Positions 12,705 to 27,945 of a DNA stretch of 29,149 nucleotides are shown here, one piece after another. Below the pieces are notes generated by a model that saw only the letters and a program-made list of their open reading frames with translations, ran no database searches and was not told the DNA's origin. Position 1 is the stretch's first letter; each line of letters begins with the position of its first letter. The stretch covers positions 1 to 29,149 of the forward strand of contig CAXHJY010001655.1 in assembly GCA_964016885.1 (NCBI GenBank), in the 5' to 3' direction. The translations under genes and the position numbers were made by a program. Source of the stretch: Eledone cirrhosa. Lineage: Eukaryota.

Positions 12705-13294
12705 TTATAGATATCATAATCATATACAAACATACATACATTATATATGTGATTGTGTATGTGTCATCATTTGCAAAATAGAAAGGGTGAGAAAAAGAAA
12801 CAATCAGATAGATAGATAGTTAGATAGAGGGAGATAGAGAGTGAGAGAGAAAGAGAGGAGAAGAAAGAGTAAAACCCAATTTTGCAGCGTGAAATCTGAT
12901 CTAAAATCCATATTACACTCAGTTCTTAGAAGTTTATTTGTCGATATGGACTTTTCTAGAATATTCATATAATGTCTAACTGTCTAAGATTACATATAAC
13001 GGATCACATGGTCTAATTCTACGTCTTCTCAGCCTCCACCTCCCCCAATCTCTGCAACACCGTTCTAACACGTCTCAGCAGTAGCTCACTCACCCTTCAG
13101 GAGAATTTACCTGTCAGTCAATGAGTTTCTGTCTCTGATTCTGACTCAGTCAGTCTTTCTATCCGTTTCTCCTTATCTTCTCTCTTTCTCTTAATTTCTC
13201 TCTCCGAATTTATATTTAAAAAAAAATCCCCATAGTATTCTGTGTTCCGATTTGTGACGTAAGCATGCTTACAATTTTGTGTGTGTACACACAC

Positions 13295-13407
<113 letters not shown>

Positions 13408-13899
13408 AAATTAAAAATCTGTGCACACGCGACATTGATATACAATGGAAAAGCTCTGACATCTCTTTCTCATCAGCTATCTGCTGGAGATCTCTAACTT
13501 TCGGCTATTTAAGGTTATTATCATTCCCTCCAGTGAACAACGGATTGTAACACATTAAAACATGATAGCAAGATACGGTAAAATACAACCAAATTCACAC
13601 AGAAAAGGTAAAAGGTGTGCATACAACCAAAGGTGCTTCAAACTGAAAACAAAATGCGATGAAAACGTGATATTGTGATAATTGAGAAAGTGTGAAATAT
13701 TTAGTAAAGAGGAAATGAGAAACAAAATTTAAACAAATAATTCCGGACGTTAGTCCTAAGACAAAACAGCAGAACGAATTTGACAACGAGGAGTTAACAA
13801 GTATACCGAGAAAGAGTGACTTGGGTGTGGCATGGGGCCAAAAAGGAGGGAGAGGAATGGACAGAATGAAAAAGGAAAAAATAGAAATAGAGGAAGAAA

Positions 13900-13968
<69 letters not shown>

Positions 13969-14320
13969 AAAGAAGAGATTGCACGTGGGGAAATGTTTAT
14001 TTTTTAGATAGAAGTGAAGGAAGGAGCGCATAAGGTAAGGCAATTAATAATAATAATATGAAAAGTCCACGAAGACCATTTATATAAATTATTTTAGAAG
14101 CAATGCAAGAAGTTGAAAAGTTAATGAGAGGGTAATTTTTCTTGCAAAGGATCTATAGAGAAAAGTAGAATTTGATTATCTAGAGAGTTTAGGTTGTTGA
14201 GTGGAAGATAACCTAATAACTCAAGATTAGGCATGATGGATATCGGAATAATATTTAATATGAAACATTTTGTAAACAGGACTGTTAGATTGGGCTAGAA
14301 GTAGCGGATTACGCTACAAT

Positions 14321-14787
14321 TACCGGTCTCTCTCCGACAGGTTCACGGTCGTGCCCTTGGCAGTGGAGACTTCTGGTGTCCTTGGCCCTAGGGCTATCTC
14401 CCTACTCACCACCATAGGCACTGAGCTGGCCAGCCGCAGGTGTGAGCCTCGCGAGTTCGAATGGTTCTTCCAGCGCATCTCCCTTACCATCCTCCGGGGA
14501 AACGCCTTCTCCATTCTGTCCGCCGGGACTGTGGGGAGGCCAGCACGTGGGACCCCATTTGCTCACCATACGGATTAAGACATATAACCACTCTTTTTCT
14601 TTTATTTACTCTTCCATTTCTTTGAGTGGGCTTATTGCTACTTTAAAATCTAAATTTTTAAAGGCAAGGATTCTGTTGAATAGCGTATTATTGATATATG
14701 TGTCTCTTTGTCTGTCTGTTTGTCTGTATTTGTGGTTACATCTTACTGTATTGTTATTTATGTCCTTTAGCAGTTTAATAAAATAAG
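14321..14787 (+). mobile_element. 5'-truncated CRE-like non-LTR retrotransposon (RLE C-terminus and 3' UTR)
   Basis: FTVVPLAVETSGVLGP...EPREFEWFFQRISLTILRGNA matches the P-x-AVET-x-G...QR-x-S-x4-RGNA motif; GC-rich island; ends aataaaataa. Confidence 0.8.
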
Positions 14788-15299
14788 ATGATCTGGACAT
14801 AAAACAAGCAGAAATTGTAACGCACCATATCACACATAGTTCGTACAATATCCAACAAAACATAATAGCAATACTTTAGTAAACAACCCAGTTAACTTAT
14901 ACAGGGTTCAACACAAAATTGGACAATTAAAGATGAAAGCAATATTAATAGCACGTTACAAGCAGATAACGTACACTAGTCCCAAATAAACAAAAAAAAA
15001 AACAAAACAAAACAAAAAACTCTTTAAATGTAGACTGGAAACGGTCTACTTGTCAAAAGCTGAAACACGTGAATAAGGACACTATGAACAAAGAATCAAT
15101 CATACTGCTGTTGTCGACAATAAAATGGAAGCAACCGAGGTAAACACCAACGATTTGACATAGATGATAGGACCATAAAGGGTTAGAAATGTCCATGTAC
15201 CTGGGAATTCTACTGTTCTAAATAAAATATAACGAACTCATTAGGAAATAGAAAAGACAACGAACTAGAATAGTCGAGTCGCGTTTTCGCAAGTTCTCC

Positions 15300-17310
<2,011 letters not shown>

Positions 17311-17420
17311 TATATACTCAGTCTACTTCCCTCGCCATTTCTACTAATTATCTCCACAGATTTAGTTTTGTTACTTCATTTAGGAAAAAAACAAACACCA
17401 TCAATAGGTAATTGATACTA

Positions 17421-17465
17421 TTGTTGTTGTCGTTGTTGTTGTTATTGTTGTTGTTGTTGTTTTTC

Positions 17466-17515
<50 letters not shown>

Positions 17516-17537
17516 GCTGCTGCTGCTGCTGCTGCTG
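17421..17537. repeat. (TTG)n grading into (CTG)n
   Basis: Direct reading. Confidence 0.95.
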
Positions 17538-17565
17538 AATTGTGATTATTGAGTCGTATTCCAAA

Positions 17566-17607
17566 TCACGCCTGAGATATTTATCGTTATCGAAACGTAG
17601 TCTGTGA
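17566..17607 (+). ncRNA. Decayed minimal hammerhead (2-nt core deletion)
   Basis: UCACG-CCUGA-GAUA..UAUC-GAAAC-GUA-GUC^UGUGA; stems are intact but the core is 5 nt instead of 7. Confidence 0.5.
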
Positions 17608-17672
17608 AACTCAAAAGGTTAAACTACGAAGGCGAATACTGGGTGGGACTTGAACAAAGATCCTCATATATA

Positions 17673-17773
17673 CAGGGTATCTCCAAAAGAATGTATACAC
17701 ACTTCAACAGCATTCTAATAAATATTGCCTGTACAGGTAATCAAAGGGTGTATACTTTTTTGGGGACACCTTG
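17673..17773. mobile_element. Tc1/mariner-type MITE
   Basis: TIRs cagggtatctccaaaagaatgtatacac / gtgtatacttttttggggacaccttg with TA on both sides; 101 bp, non-coding. Confidence 0.8.
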
Positions 17774-17869
17774 TATATATATATATATATATATATGTTT
17801 ATCCCGGGATCAATTGAGGATAAGCACAGTAAGTAAGGTACTCAATATATAGTCGAGTATCAATATTTC

Positions 17870-17941
<72 letters not shown>

Positions 17942-18414
17942 ATATTGTTATACTTTGGGAGGGTCATGTTGCCAATAAGAAACACACGCACCAGTTGCTT
18001 TCACTCCAATTTATTACAAACTAGTAACATGTAAATAAACAAATAAATAAACAAATAAAAACACACACAGACACCCGGATGTAACACATGCGCAAACGAA
18101 ACACACAACACACACAAAAACAAGATGGCGTAGGACAGAACAAAGGAGAGGCACAAAGAGAAGAATCCCCAATCACTGAAGAGGTCACACAATGTTGACA
18201 ATATATGAACAACCGTCCGGTTGTGGAACCAACCAACCAACCGGAAATTTATAAATGCTTAAATTTATAAATTTAATTTATAATAAATTGGAGTGAAAGC
18301 AACTGGTGCGTGTGTTTCTTATTGGCAACATGACCCTCCCAAAGTATAACAATATCGGTTTCAACACACGTTTTCAGATAAAGAATCTTGCTAAACAAAT
18401 TCAGAAACGAAATA

Positions 18415-18418
<4 letters not shown>
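17942..18418 (+). mobile_element. Fold-back cassette with perfect 75-bp inverted arms (17942-18016 / 18281-18355), decayed HHR and tail
   Basis: Arms are exact reverse complements; tca-ctgaaga-ggtca..tgac-aatata-tga at 18173-18208 lacks the full GAAA. Confidence 0.75.
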
Positions 18419-18462
<44 letters not shown>

Positions 18463-18790
18463 CATAGTTCAAGATTAAATACAAACACATATACAATTAT
18501 ATAAGGTCTTATTAGATCCACGCTTGTTGGAAAAAGAAAAACATACGTCTCAATGTATCAGACGTTAGTCCTTCATCACAATGTGAGGAGAACGAGGATG
18601 TTGGAAGGTAGAAGTAAAAAGAAGAAAAGTATTCATCAGGATGGGGGAGTTGGGCGGTAAGTATTCTAGTGTGCAGGATGGTGTACCGATGTGTTGGCGG
18701 AGTACCCAGATCTATCGTTGGTACTGATATGTATATGTGGATGCGGTGCATTTTGTGAGTGTGTGTTTTATTGTTGTTTTTATTTTTGTT

Positions 18791-20275
<1,485 letters not shown>

Positions 20276-20695
20276 AAAGAAAGAGATTTATTTAATTATG
20301 TCTCATATAAAATAATACAGCCAACTATCCACGAAATACAATATAGTTAGCACCCCGAACGCATGATTGAGATTATACTCAGGGATATACTAATGTTTGT
20401 TGAGTGAGATGGGAGTTGGTCGGAGTATCGCTAAAAGCTTTCTCTGTTAATGTATTAAGTATATATATATATATAGGGACAATTAAGTTTCTCCCAAGGT
20501 AACTCTCTCTCGTGTTATTATTTTTATTTTTATTTTATCCTTTATACTCTTTCCTTCATTCCTCTACACGCCTTATACACGCCACGCATCTCAACGTACA
20601 CCCACTTACATCTCTCTCTCCACCACCGGATCTTGTTACCCGGAGATTTACCCATTTGCATTGTAGAGGCTTCCAAACGACTTAAAGATATTTAC

Positions 20696-20726
<31 letters not shown>

Positions 20727-20780
20727 TACCATGACTGAATCTTAACCATCTACTATGTCAGGGTATGTCATGCATCATCT

Positions 20781-20847
20781 TATTTTATCTGATGAGGACA
20801 TACTGCTGAACTTAACTCAGTACCTCTGAAATATGTATAATAAAATA
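20781..20847 (+). ncRNA. Minimal type I hammerhead, paralog of 9799-9863
   Basis: UAUUUUAU-CUGAUGA-GGAcaUACUG..CAGUAccUCU-GAAA-U-AUGU-AUA^AUAAAAUA; flanks 20725-20890 align with 9715-9900. Confidence 0.8.
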
Positions 20848-20887
20848 TAATTGATCACAAGAATATCTATTTTGTTAATATTTTGAA

Positions 20888-20950
<63 letters not shown>

Positions 20951-20954
<4 letters not shown>

Positions 20955-21441
20955 GGAAAAAATGAAACGAAATTTCATTTCTCACTCTTAGTACGGCTGT
21001 TACTTAAATTATAAGTATGTATACGTACATACATATATGTATACAGACGTACAGTAGTATGTATATATATATACATACATGCACACATATATATATGTAC
21101 GTATGGATTCACCGAACATTTATTATAATGCTCGGTGTGTTTGTAAACAAACATTCCGTATTAAGCCGTACAGTGTCTAGCAACCATCGTTGCTCATTTG
21201 TTCAACACTGACAAAGGAACGCTGTACTAGTTTCAAGCTTATTAGCTATCGTCAGCAACGTATACCTTCCTGTCAGATTGTTGAACGTCTGAAAGTATAT
21301 ACTGTACAGTTTAATACGGGATGTTTGTTTACAAACACACCGAGCATTATAATAAATGTTCGGTGAATCCATACGTACATATATATATATACATATTACT
21401 GTACGTCTGTATACATATATGTATGTACGTATACATACTTA

Positions 21442-21443
<2 letters not shown>
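20951..21443 (-). mobile_element. Fold-back cassette with arms 21010-21174 / 21301-21443, central HHR and left tail
   Basis: Arms are reverse-complementary apart from a microsatellite indel and a few substitutions; in (TA)n. Confidence 0.85.
21219..21261 (-). ncRNA. Minimal type I hammerhead ribozyme
   Basis: ACGUUG-CUGACGA-UAGCU(AAUA)AGCUU-GAAAC-UA-GUA^CAGCGU; palindromic stem III ACUAGU. Confidence 0.9.
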
Positions 21444-21500
<57 letters not shown>

Positions 21501-21510
21501 AATGAATAAT

Positions 21511-21696
21511 TGTTTCTACTTTTGGCACAAGGCCAGCAATTACCCAGTGTATTACTGGTACTTTATTTTATCGACCCCATAAGGATGAAAGGCAAAGTTA
21601 ACCTCGGCGGAATTTGAACTCAGAATGGCAAGGGCCGTAACTCTATGCGTCAAAGCATGGTGTCCGACCCTCTACCATACTGCCAATCCACCGCCC
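21511..21696 (-). mobile_element. Full-length SINE family A with 15-bp TSD
   Basis: Minus strand starts gggcggtgga, A box tggcagtatgg, B box gagttcaaattcc; TSD taaagaatgaataat at 21496-21510 and 21697-21711. Confidence 0.95.
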
Positions 21697-22018
21697 TAAA
21701 GAATGAATAATAACAGGTAGACATCATAAAAAGGTAATTTATTCCGTGTGCTTACAAGTGTTTCCACGGTGGTACTGCAGCCTAGTTATGCTACGTGCAA
21801 ATTCACAAGTACTTGCAGAACTCGAATATCCAATGCTGTGACCACTGTTTCCTCTGCTCTGAGGAAACAGTGGTCACAGCATTGGATATTCGAGTTCTGC
21901 AAGTACTTGTGAATTTGCACGTAGCATAACTAGGCTGCAGTACCACCGTGGAAACACTTGTAAGCACACGGAATAAATTACCTTTTTATGATGTCTACCT
22001 GTTATTATTCATTCTTTA
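21697..22018. repeat. Perfect palindrome: 158-bp arms, 6-nt spacer
   Basis: 21697-21854 is the exact reverse complement of 21861-22018; spacer tgctct; unique tail 22022-22163. Confidence 0.95.
21855..21966 (+). ncRNA. Type I hammerhead with CUGAGGA core and 67-nt loop II
   Basis: UGCU-CUGAGGA-AACAGUGGU[67 nt]ACCACCGUG-GAAAC-ACUU-GUA^AGCA. Confidence 0.75.
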
Positions 22019-22158
22019 TATACACTCCGGAATACTGAAGGATCAGGAACTAAGTTTCTTGAACAATTCTTCCATAACTCGTAGAGTAACCTCTTACCGT
22101 ACGTCAACCATATCCAGTGTAGTAATTAACCATTACTACATCTTGGATAATCCTATAC

Positions 22159-22196
<38 letters not shown>

Positions 22197-22316
22197 TAAA
22201 AGGAATTCCAACTTTGTCTGATTGTCTGATTTACTCGTTTCATTTACAATCCTTTAAAATGTATAATGCTATTAGAATGAAATAGTATGCTAGAATATCA
22301 AATGTTAAGTGTTAAT

Positions 22317-22355
22317 TGAACAAGTACTTTCATGCTTTCGCAATCTTCAGGTTCA
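22317..22355 (-). ncRNA. Minimal type I hammerhead ribozyme
   Basis: UGAAC-CUGAAGA-UUGC(GAAA)GCAU-GAAAG-UA-CUU^GUUCA; GNRA loop II; palindromic AAGUACUU. Confidence 0.85.
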
Positions 22356-22425
22356 TAATGTGTGGTGACAGTCAAGTTTGCAATTTTCAGTTGAAAATTG
22401 CAAACTTGACTGTCACCACAGAATA

Positions 22426-22464
22426 TGAACCTGAAGATTGCGAAAGCATGAAATTACTTGTTCA
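22426..22464 (+). ncRNA. Minimal type I hammerhead, mirror copy with a stem III G>U change
   Basis: UGAAC-CUGAAGA-UUGC(GAAA)GCAU-GAAAU-UA-CUU^GUUCA. Confidence 0.7.
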
Positions 22465-22826
22465 ATTAACACTTAATATTCTACCATACTATTTCATTCT
22501 AATAGCATTATACATTTTAAAGGATTGTAAATAAAACGAGTAAATCAGACAAAGTTGGAATTCCTTTTATTAATATAATCTTCTATACACAATCATACAC
22601 ACCCGTGTATATTTATCTATATCTCTCTCTCTATATATATACCTTTTAAGTGAAAGGAGTTCATACTCACCGAACCAGCAAAATATTACACGCATACGTA
22701 GATCGACTAACAAGGTAAATATTTGTATATACGGACAAAGTGACGTGTTTAAATTGCCACTAGAAATAACAGCCAATATAAAATAAACCGTATATCAATT
22801 CAACATTTACGGAGTAGCAAATCTAC

Positions 22827-23312
22827 ATACATAAGTAAATTTGTCACTAATATATATAACATCTCGATGAGGAAAGATCACTAAAATAAATCTAATTCAG
22901 AGAAGCAAATATATATAAAACATCTTATACAAAATTACTGGCTGGTAGATCCCAGTAAAGTAATCTAAAATAACACTTCGCAGGCATCTCTCCCTTGGGA
23001 CAGATTCTTAGTGTAGCAACCTAAAGCTAGTAGCCTTCAGTAAGTTCCCTTACTGCAGTTTCCAATACCAAGAATCAGTACTAACCATCCCAATAGATCG
23101 AGACAGTCCATCCTATCAGAAAATCGTTTTATCAGAGGTATAAGGAAAAAAACATATAAACCAAATTTTAGATTACTTTCCTGGGATCTACCCGTCAGTA
23201 CTTTTGTATAAGATGTTCTTGATGTATTCTCTGAATTAGATGTATTCTCTAAATTTAGGGATCGTTTTTTATTGAGATGTTATGTATATTGGTGACAAAT
23301 TTACTTATGTAT
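22827..23312 (-). mobile_element. Older fold-back cassette with arms 22827-22971 / 23165-23312 and possible decayed HHR 23048-23138
   Basis: Diverged inverted arms; minus strand CCU-CUGAUAA...GAAAC-UGCA-GUA^AGG, stem II poorly paired. Confidence 0.65.
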
Positions 23313-23313
23313 T

Positions 23314-23468
23314 ATATATATCATGTTTAATACAGAAATGGCTTCTACAGGACTAGAACTGTTTCATTAAAAAAAAAAATCACCAGGCTTTCCTGATGAT
23401 TTTTTTTTGAAAGAAACAGTTCTAGTTCTGTAGAAGCCATTTCTATATTAAGCATGATATTTACACTC
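23314..23468 (+). mobile_element. Short palindromic HHR-like cassette with 12-bp TSD
   Basis: Arms 23318-23387 / 23392-23460 around cttt; CUGAUGA 23393-23399, GAAAC 23413-23417; tacttatgtatt at 23302-23313 and 23469-23480. Confidence 0.8.
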
Positions 23469-24083
23469 TACTTATGTATTGAGTACCTTACTTACTGTGG
23501 TTACCCCGATTGAACCCGGAACTCGCCACCCATACACTCACACACACACATATATATATATATTTATTTGTGTGTGTGTGTGTGTGTGTGTGGGTATATG
23601 TGCGTGTATATAAGTGTATGTGTTGCTACATGTTCAATCTATTTTGAATATTTGTCTTTCTGTAAAAGGATATGCACATAGCTAGTTATATGCAAACATT
23701 GCACATTACACATACACAAACGAAGAGAAAATAAATAAATAAAATAAAACGTTTGTTATTTTTTTTTGCATCATTAACTACAACAAGGAATAGGCTCATC
23801 CCTCTCCATTACCCCTCCTTGTTCCCTCTTACTCGTTCCTGAAAAAATCTGTAATGTAAAGACACATGCGTCACATATACTCAAACACAGACATACACAT
23901 GCATATATCCTAATAGATAAAGCGTTATACAAACATTATATAAATATTATAAATATGTATGCAATGATTTTATAATTAGGTTATATACACACGCATGCTC
24001 TCTCACACACACACGCACACACACACACACAGATATACGTATATATAAATATATATATATATGAGTATACGTGCGTATAAAAC

Positions 24084-24147
<64 letters not shown>

Positions 24148-24494
24148 GTGTGTGTGTGTGTATTATATAAATTATTAAGTGTACGTGTAGCCCAACACAA
24201 ACTATGCATATCTTTTGGGATCCACCCGTCCATCCATCCGTAAATACATGCACTATATTTTCAAACATACATATATGAACACATCAGTCCCTACATACAC
24301 ACATCAATCCCCCCATCTCCCCCTCCCCCGTTCCTACATACTGCACCATACGTCACAATCAGAAAATTCAGGTAATACAAAAAGAGAGAAAGAAAGAGGC
24401 CAAAATATAAGAGGGTTCCAGATGTAATTAAAACATGAGAGAAATCTCATTAGACCCAATGGAACAGCTTGGGGCTTACCAAGATGATGTAGTC

Positions 24495-24565
24495 ATGATG
24501 ATGATGATGATGATGATGAAGATGATGATGATGATGATGATAGCTAACGTACTTGTGGGTATACA

Positions 24566-24641
<76 letters not shown>
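24495..24641. repeat. (ATG)n and (CA)n microsatellites
   Basis: Direct reading. Confidence 0.95.
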
Positions 24642-24647
<6 letters not shown>

Positions 24648-24699
24648 GGAATGTGGTGCAATGAACGTTATACAATATATTTAAACAGGTAAAAATTTG

Positions 24700-25760
24700 G
24701 TACACAAAACAATAAAAACAAAACAAATAAAGGTAGATCGCTACACTGAACAACATGCACTCAAACCACCTTCTGCTAACTGGTTCTCCAAAATTGGCCA
24801 TGAGCAGTTTCGACCTTAGCTGTACCATGAAAGGCTCAAAATCCCCTGATCCATAAATCCCCAGTCCCCGATAGAGCCTAACCATCTATTATCTAGAGTC
24901 ACCTGGTAGTCATCTTATATTCATTTTAAGCAGCTCGGTATTTGCTTCGTTCAGTTTTAGGCTAGGGTTAGAATTAGTTTTAAGTTGCAAATTGATTTTC
25001 AGATAATAAATTTCAAGCAATCCTTGTGTGTGGGTGGATGTTGTTGGTGGTGTGGGTATCTCTTTGTGAGGATCTGCTAGCATTTGTTCTGGGTTCATTT
25101 ATTTTGCACTAATTTCTTTTCTTATACGATTCCCCACATTCTCTAGTCTCCGTCTTCTCTCTCGCACTCCACGACTGTAGGTGTGGGGTGCTATTGCTGG
25201 TGTTCACTGGTCGGTCCTGGTCTAGAGAACGAGAGTCCTCGTTTTCTCTGTGGTTGTCTCTCCCTAGTAATGTTGGTACTAAGGGCGAAGGAATTTAATT
25301 TACTTCCGCTCTGGTTATTTACAGATCGGCGATCAATGATTCTTGAGACATAGCAGTAGTAACAGACATAGTATTCATAACTGGAGCATATCGGTGTTTC
25401 TGCAGCTTTTGCTGCTGTCTGCTGCCTATTGTCCCTTTTTTCCCTTCAATTCTAAGCAGAAGTCTGTCAAATTATCTTCACTACCACACGTATAGCAATT
25501 GTACATTGTGCCCTGCATCCCTAGTCTGAGAGAACATCACTTCGCTCTCTAAGTAGACTGCAGCTTCATGATCACATTATGGCATCCAGGGTGTTACTAA
25601 GACTTGAATGTCTATACAGACCCTAACTAAGCACATGTCATCGTGGATCACCCTCGTGCTCCCCATATATCCCTACTGTTGTGCAGGATCAAAACGCCAA
25701 GGGTTAATGTCGATGCCAACATCTCTGGTTGTGTTTTTGAAACCCAAGTTTTGTGATGTA
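24700..25760 (-). mobile_element. Possible decayed retroelement ORF1/gag-like region
   Basis: 25456-25497 reads CYTCGSEDNLTDFC (CX2CX4HX4C spacing with H>N); higher GC; boundaries uncertain. Confidence 0.35.
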
Positions 25761-25879
25761 ATAGCCCTACCTATCTCCCCATTTCATCTCCAGATTTTAA
25801 TATCAGAAACACACAACATTATGCTATTCCACAATTAATTTAAAGAGAGTGACAAGTATAAATGTTTGTAGAAATTTCC

Positions 25880-26480
25880 TGGACCAGAAGAAATTCCGGC
25901 GTATGTGATACAAACTTTTCCTCAAGTTAAACTTCCCTCACCGATTTTGAATTCTTTAACTATTGGAGATTTCCCATCAGAAGAATAGATTCATTTTATA
26001 ATAGTTTCAATTCAACAGAAAATTGCAATATTCCAGAATATTAAAGAAGATTATTATTCATGTGAACAAACACAAAACTCCCTCATGAAGTGCTGTTCAC
26101 AAGAAGAACATAAGAACAGCAATGGAAGAATAATTTCTTTCAGAATCTAGCTTCAGGTCAAATAGATATACTACTGATCAAATGCGATCATTACGAATAT
26201 GCGTTAACGCCAGCTGCTTAAGAAAACGCAGTCTTATGGTAACTTTTGTCAACTTTTCTAAGGCATTTGAATATGTAATAGGACAGCAATTCCAGATATA
26301 CTAAGTTTCTATGAAATGCCAAATACATTCATGAGCGCTATTTATTATGTGCTTGTACAGTACCAATGCTTAAGCTCATATTATTAGTAACTAATAAATT
26401 TGAGCCACATTTGAGTGTATTTCAGAGAACACTTGTACTATATTCTTTTCTAATTGTAATGGATTATGTAATGCGTATAT
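25880..26480 (+). mobile_element. Highly decayed RTE-type reverse transcriptase
   Basis: FPGPEEIP, SFRSNRYTTDQMRSLR, TFVNFSKAFEYV, SVFQRTLVLYSFLIVMDYVMR occur in canonical order. Confidence 0.8.
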
Positions 26481-26649
26481 ATTTCTGCAAGAAAATGATG
26501 CAAAGACTGGAAGGAGAAGCCTAACTAATAGGTTTCTTGCTCAGCTGATTGGATTTTATGTATCTAGCTGTTTAAGGCTACCCTTCGCGCTGAGAAAACT
26601 ACGATTTTACGAAAATTCAAATACACTTATGGCTTCACACCTTTTCAAT

Positions 26650-26747
<98 letters not shown>

Positions 26748-26932
26748 ATTATATATATATATATACATATATCTTCTATTTAAGAAGATCCCGTTAAGGA
26801 TGAAAGCAGCGATTTGTTCTTAAACTTTAATCTGTTCTTATAGTATATATATATATATATACATCAATAGAAAAAGGAACCAATTTTACATAAAATATAT
26901 CTTTATTCTACATATGTTTCAATGTAGAGCGA

Positions 26933-27765
26933 TCTTACATTTGGATTCATCTCGAAAGGACTTTTTTCTAAGCGCTCATATATTCACCTAGCTTATGCTA
27001 ACAGAATAACTATGTAGCTTGTTCCCTTCCTATCTACGGTTAGCTTTCCTCTTTGTTGTTTACTTGTCTCACTCGCTTTACGCGTTTTAATTGTCCTAAT
27101 AACTTAATTTAGTTATTATTGCACCAACGTGAGGTATATGATTTTTAATGCAATGAAATATCTATGATCGTTGGCAAATCACTGATGAGGGACTCATTTT
27201 ATAACATGTTATCCATGTGCAACCTGCAGTATTCTTCTCCCCATTTGTTCACATATATTTACCTAAACTGCGATTCTGTTTTTCTCTCTCTCTCTCTTAC
27301 TGCTCCCTCGTTCTCTCTATTTCTCCTACTTTCTTTCGCCCCCTCTGTCATGTCAGTTAACTCTTCCTCACACTTCCACTCACTCACTGTTTCTCCCCTT
27401 CTCACTTCACCCCTGTTCGCGACGAATACATTTTCCTTCTTTCTTACATTTGGATTCATCTCGAAAGGTCTTTTTTCTAAGCGCTCATATATTCACCTAG
27501 CTTATGCTAACAGAATAACTATGTAGCTTGTTCCCTTCCTATCTACGGTTAGCTTTCCTCTTTGTTGTTTACTTGTCTCACTTGCTTTACGCGTTTTAAT
27601 TGTCCCAATAACTTAATTTAGTTATTATTGCACAACGTGAGGTATATGATTTTTAATGCAATGAAATATCTATGATCGTTGGCAAATCACTGATGAGGGA
27701 CTCATTTTATAACATGTTATCCATGTGCAACCTGCAGTATTCTTTCTCCCATTTGTTCATATATA
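26933..27765 (+). repeat. Partial tandem duplication: about 325-bp direct repeats 26933-27257 / 27442-27765 (509-bp period)
   Basis: Copies differ at about 6 positions; each holds GAAA..UA-UGAU..AUCA-CUGAUGA; resembles a PLE pseudo-LTR arrangement. Confidence 0.85.
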
Positions 27766-27945
27766 TAAATATATATATATTTAATACATTAACAGAGAAA
27801 GCTTTAAGCTATACTCTGACCGACTTCCATCTCACTCAACAAACATTAGGATATACCTTAGTATAATCCCAATTTACGTTTGGGGTGCTAACTATATGTA
27901 TTATACTCAGACATATGCGTAGCCATAGATTGAATTTTGGAATGA

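Larger units (their letters stand above)
22189..22577. repeat. Near-perfect palindrome of about 390 bp, centre 22390/22391
   Basis: caattttca-gt-tgaaaattg centre; arms differ by two small indels and about 5 substitutions. Confidence 0.95.

Noticed and set aside
13455-13510. Minus-strand CUGAUGAG
   Set aside because: No correctly placed GAAA or stem I
14899-14930. tacagggt Tc1/mariner-like end
   Set aside because: No partner TIR found
18545-18585. Minus-strand gtgatga-aggac-taac-gtct-gatac
   Set aside because: C3 and GAAA are mutated and stem I is absent
21600-21696. tRNA gene
   Set aside because: The A and B boxes belong to a SINE head; no cloverleaf is evident
21697-22577. Palindromes as assembly artefacts
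   Set aside because: A SINE with TSD in one arm, arm-specific indels, unique tails and graded divergence among cassettes favour real sequence, though raw reads should be checked
24450-24545. Poly-His or poly-Met coding exon
   Set aside because: (ATG)n microsatellite next to (CA)n with no supporting coding context
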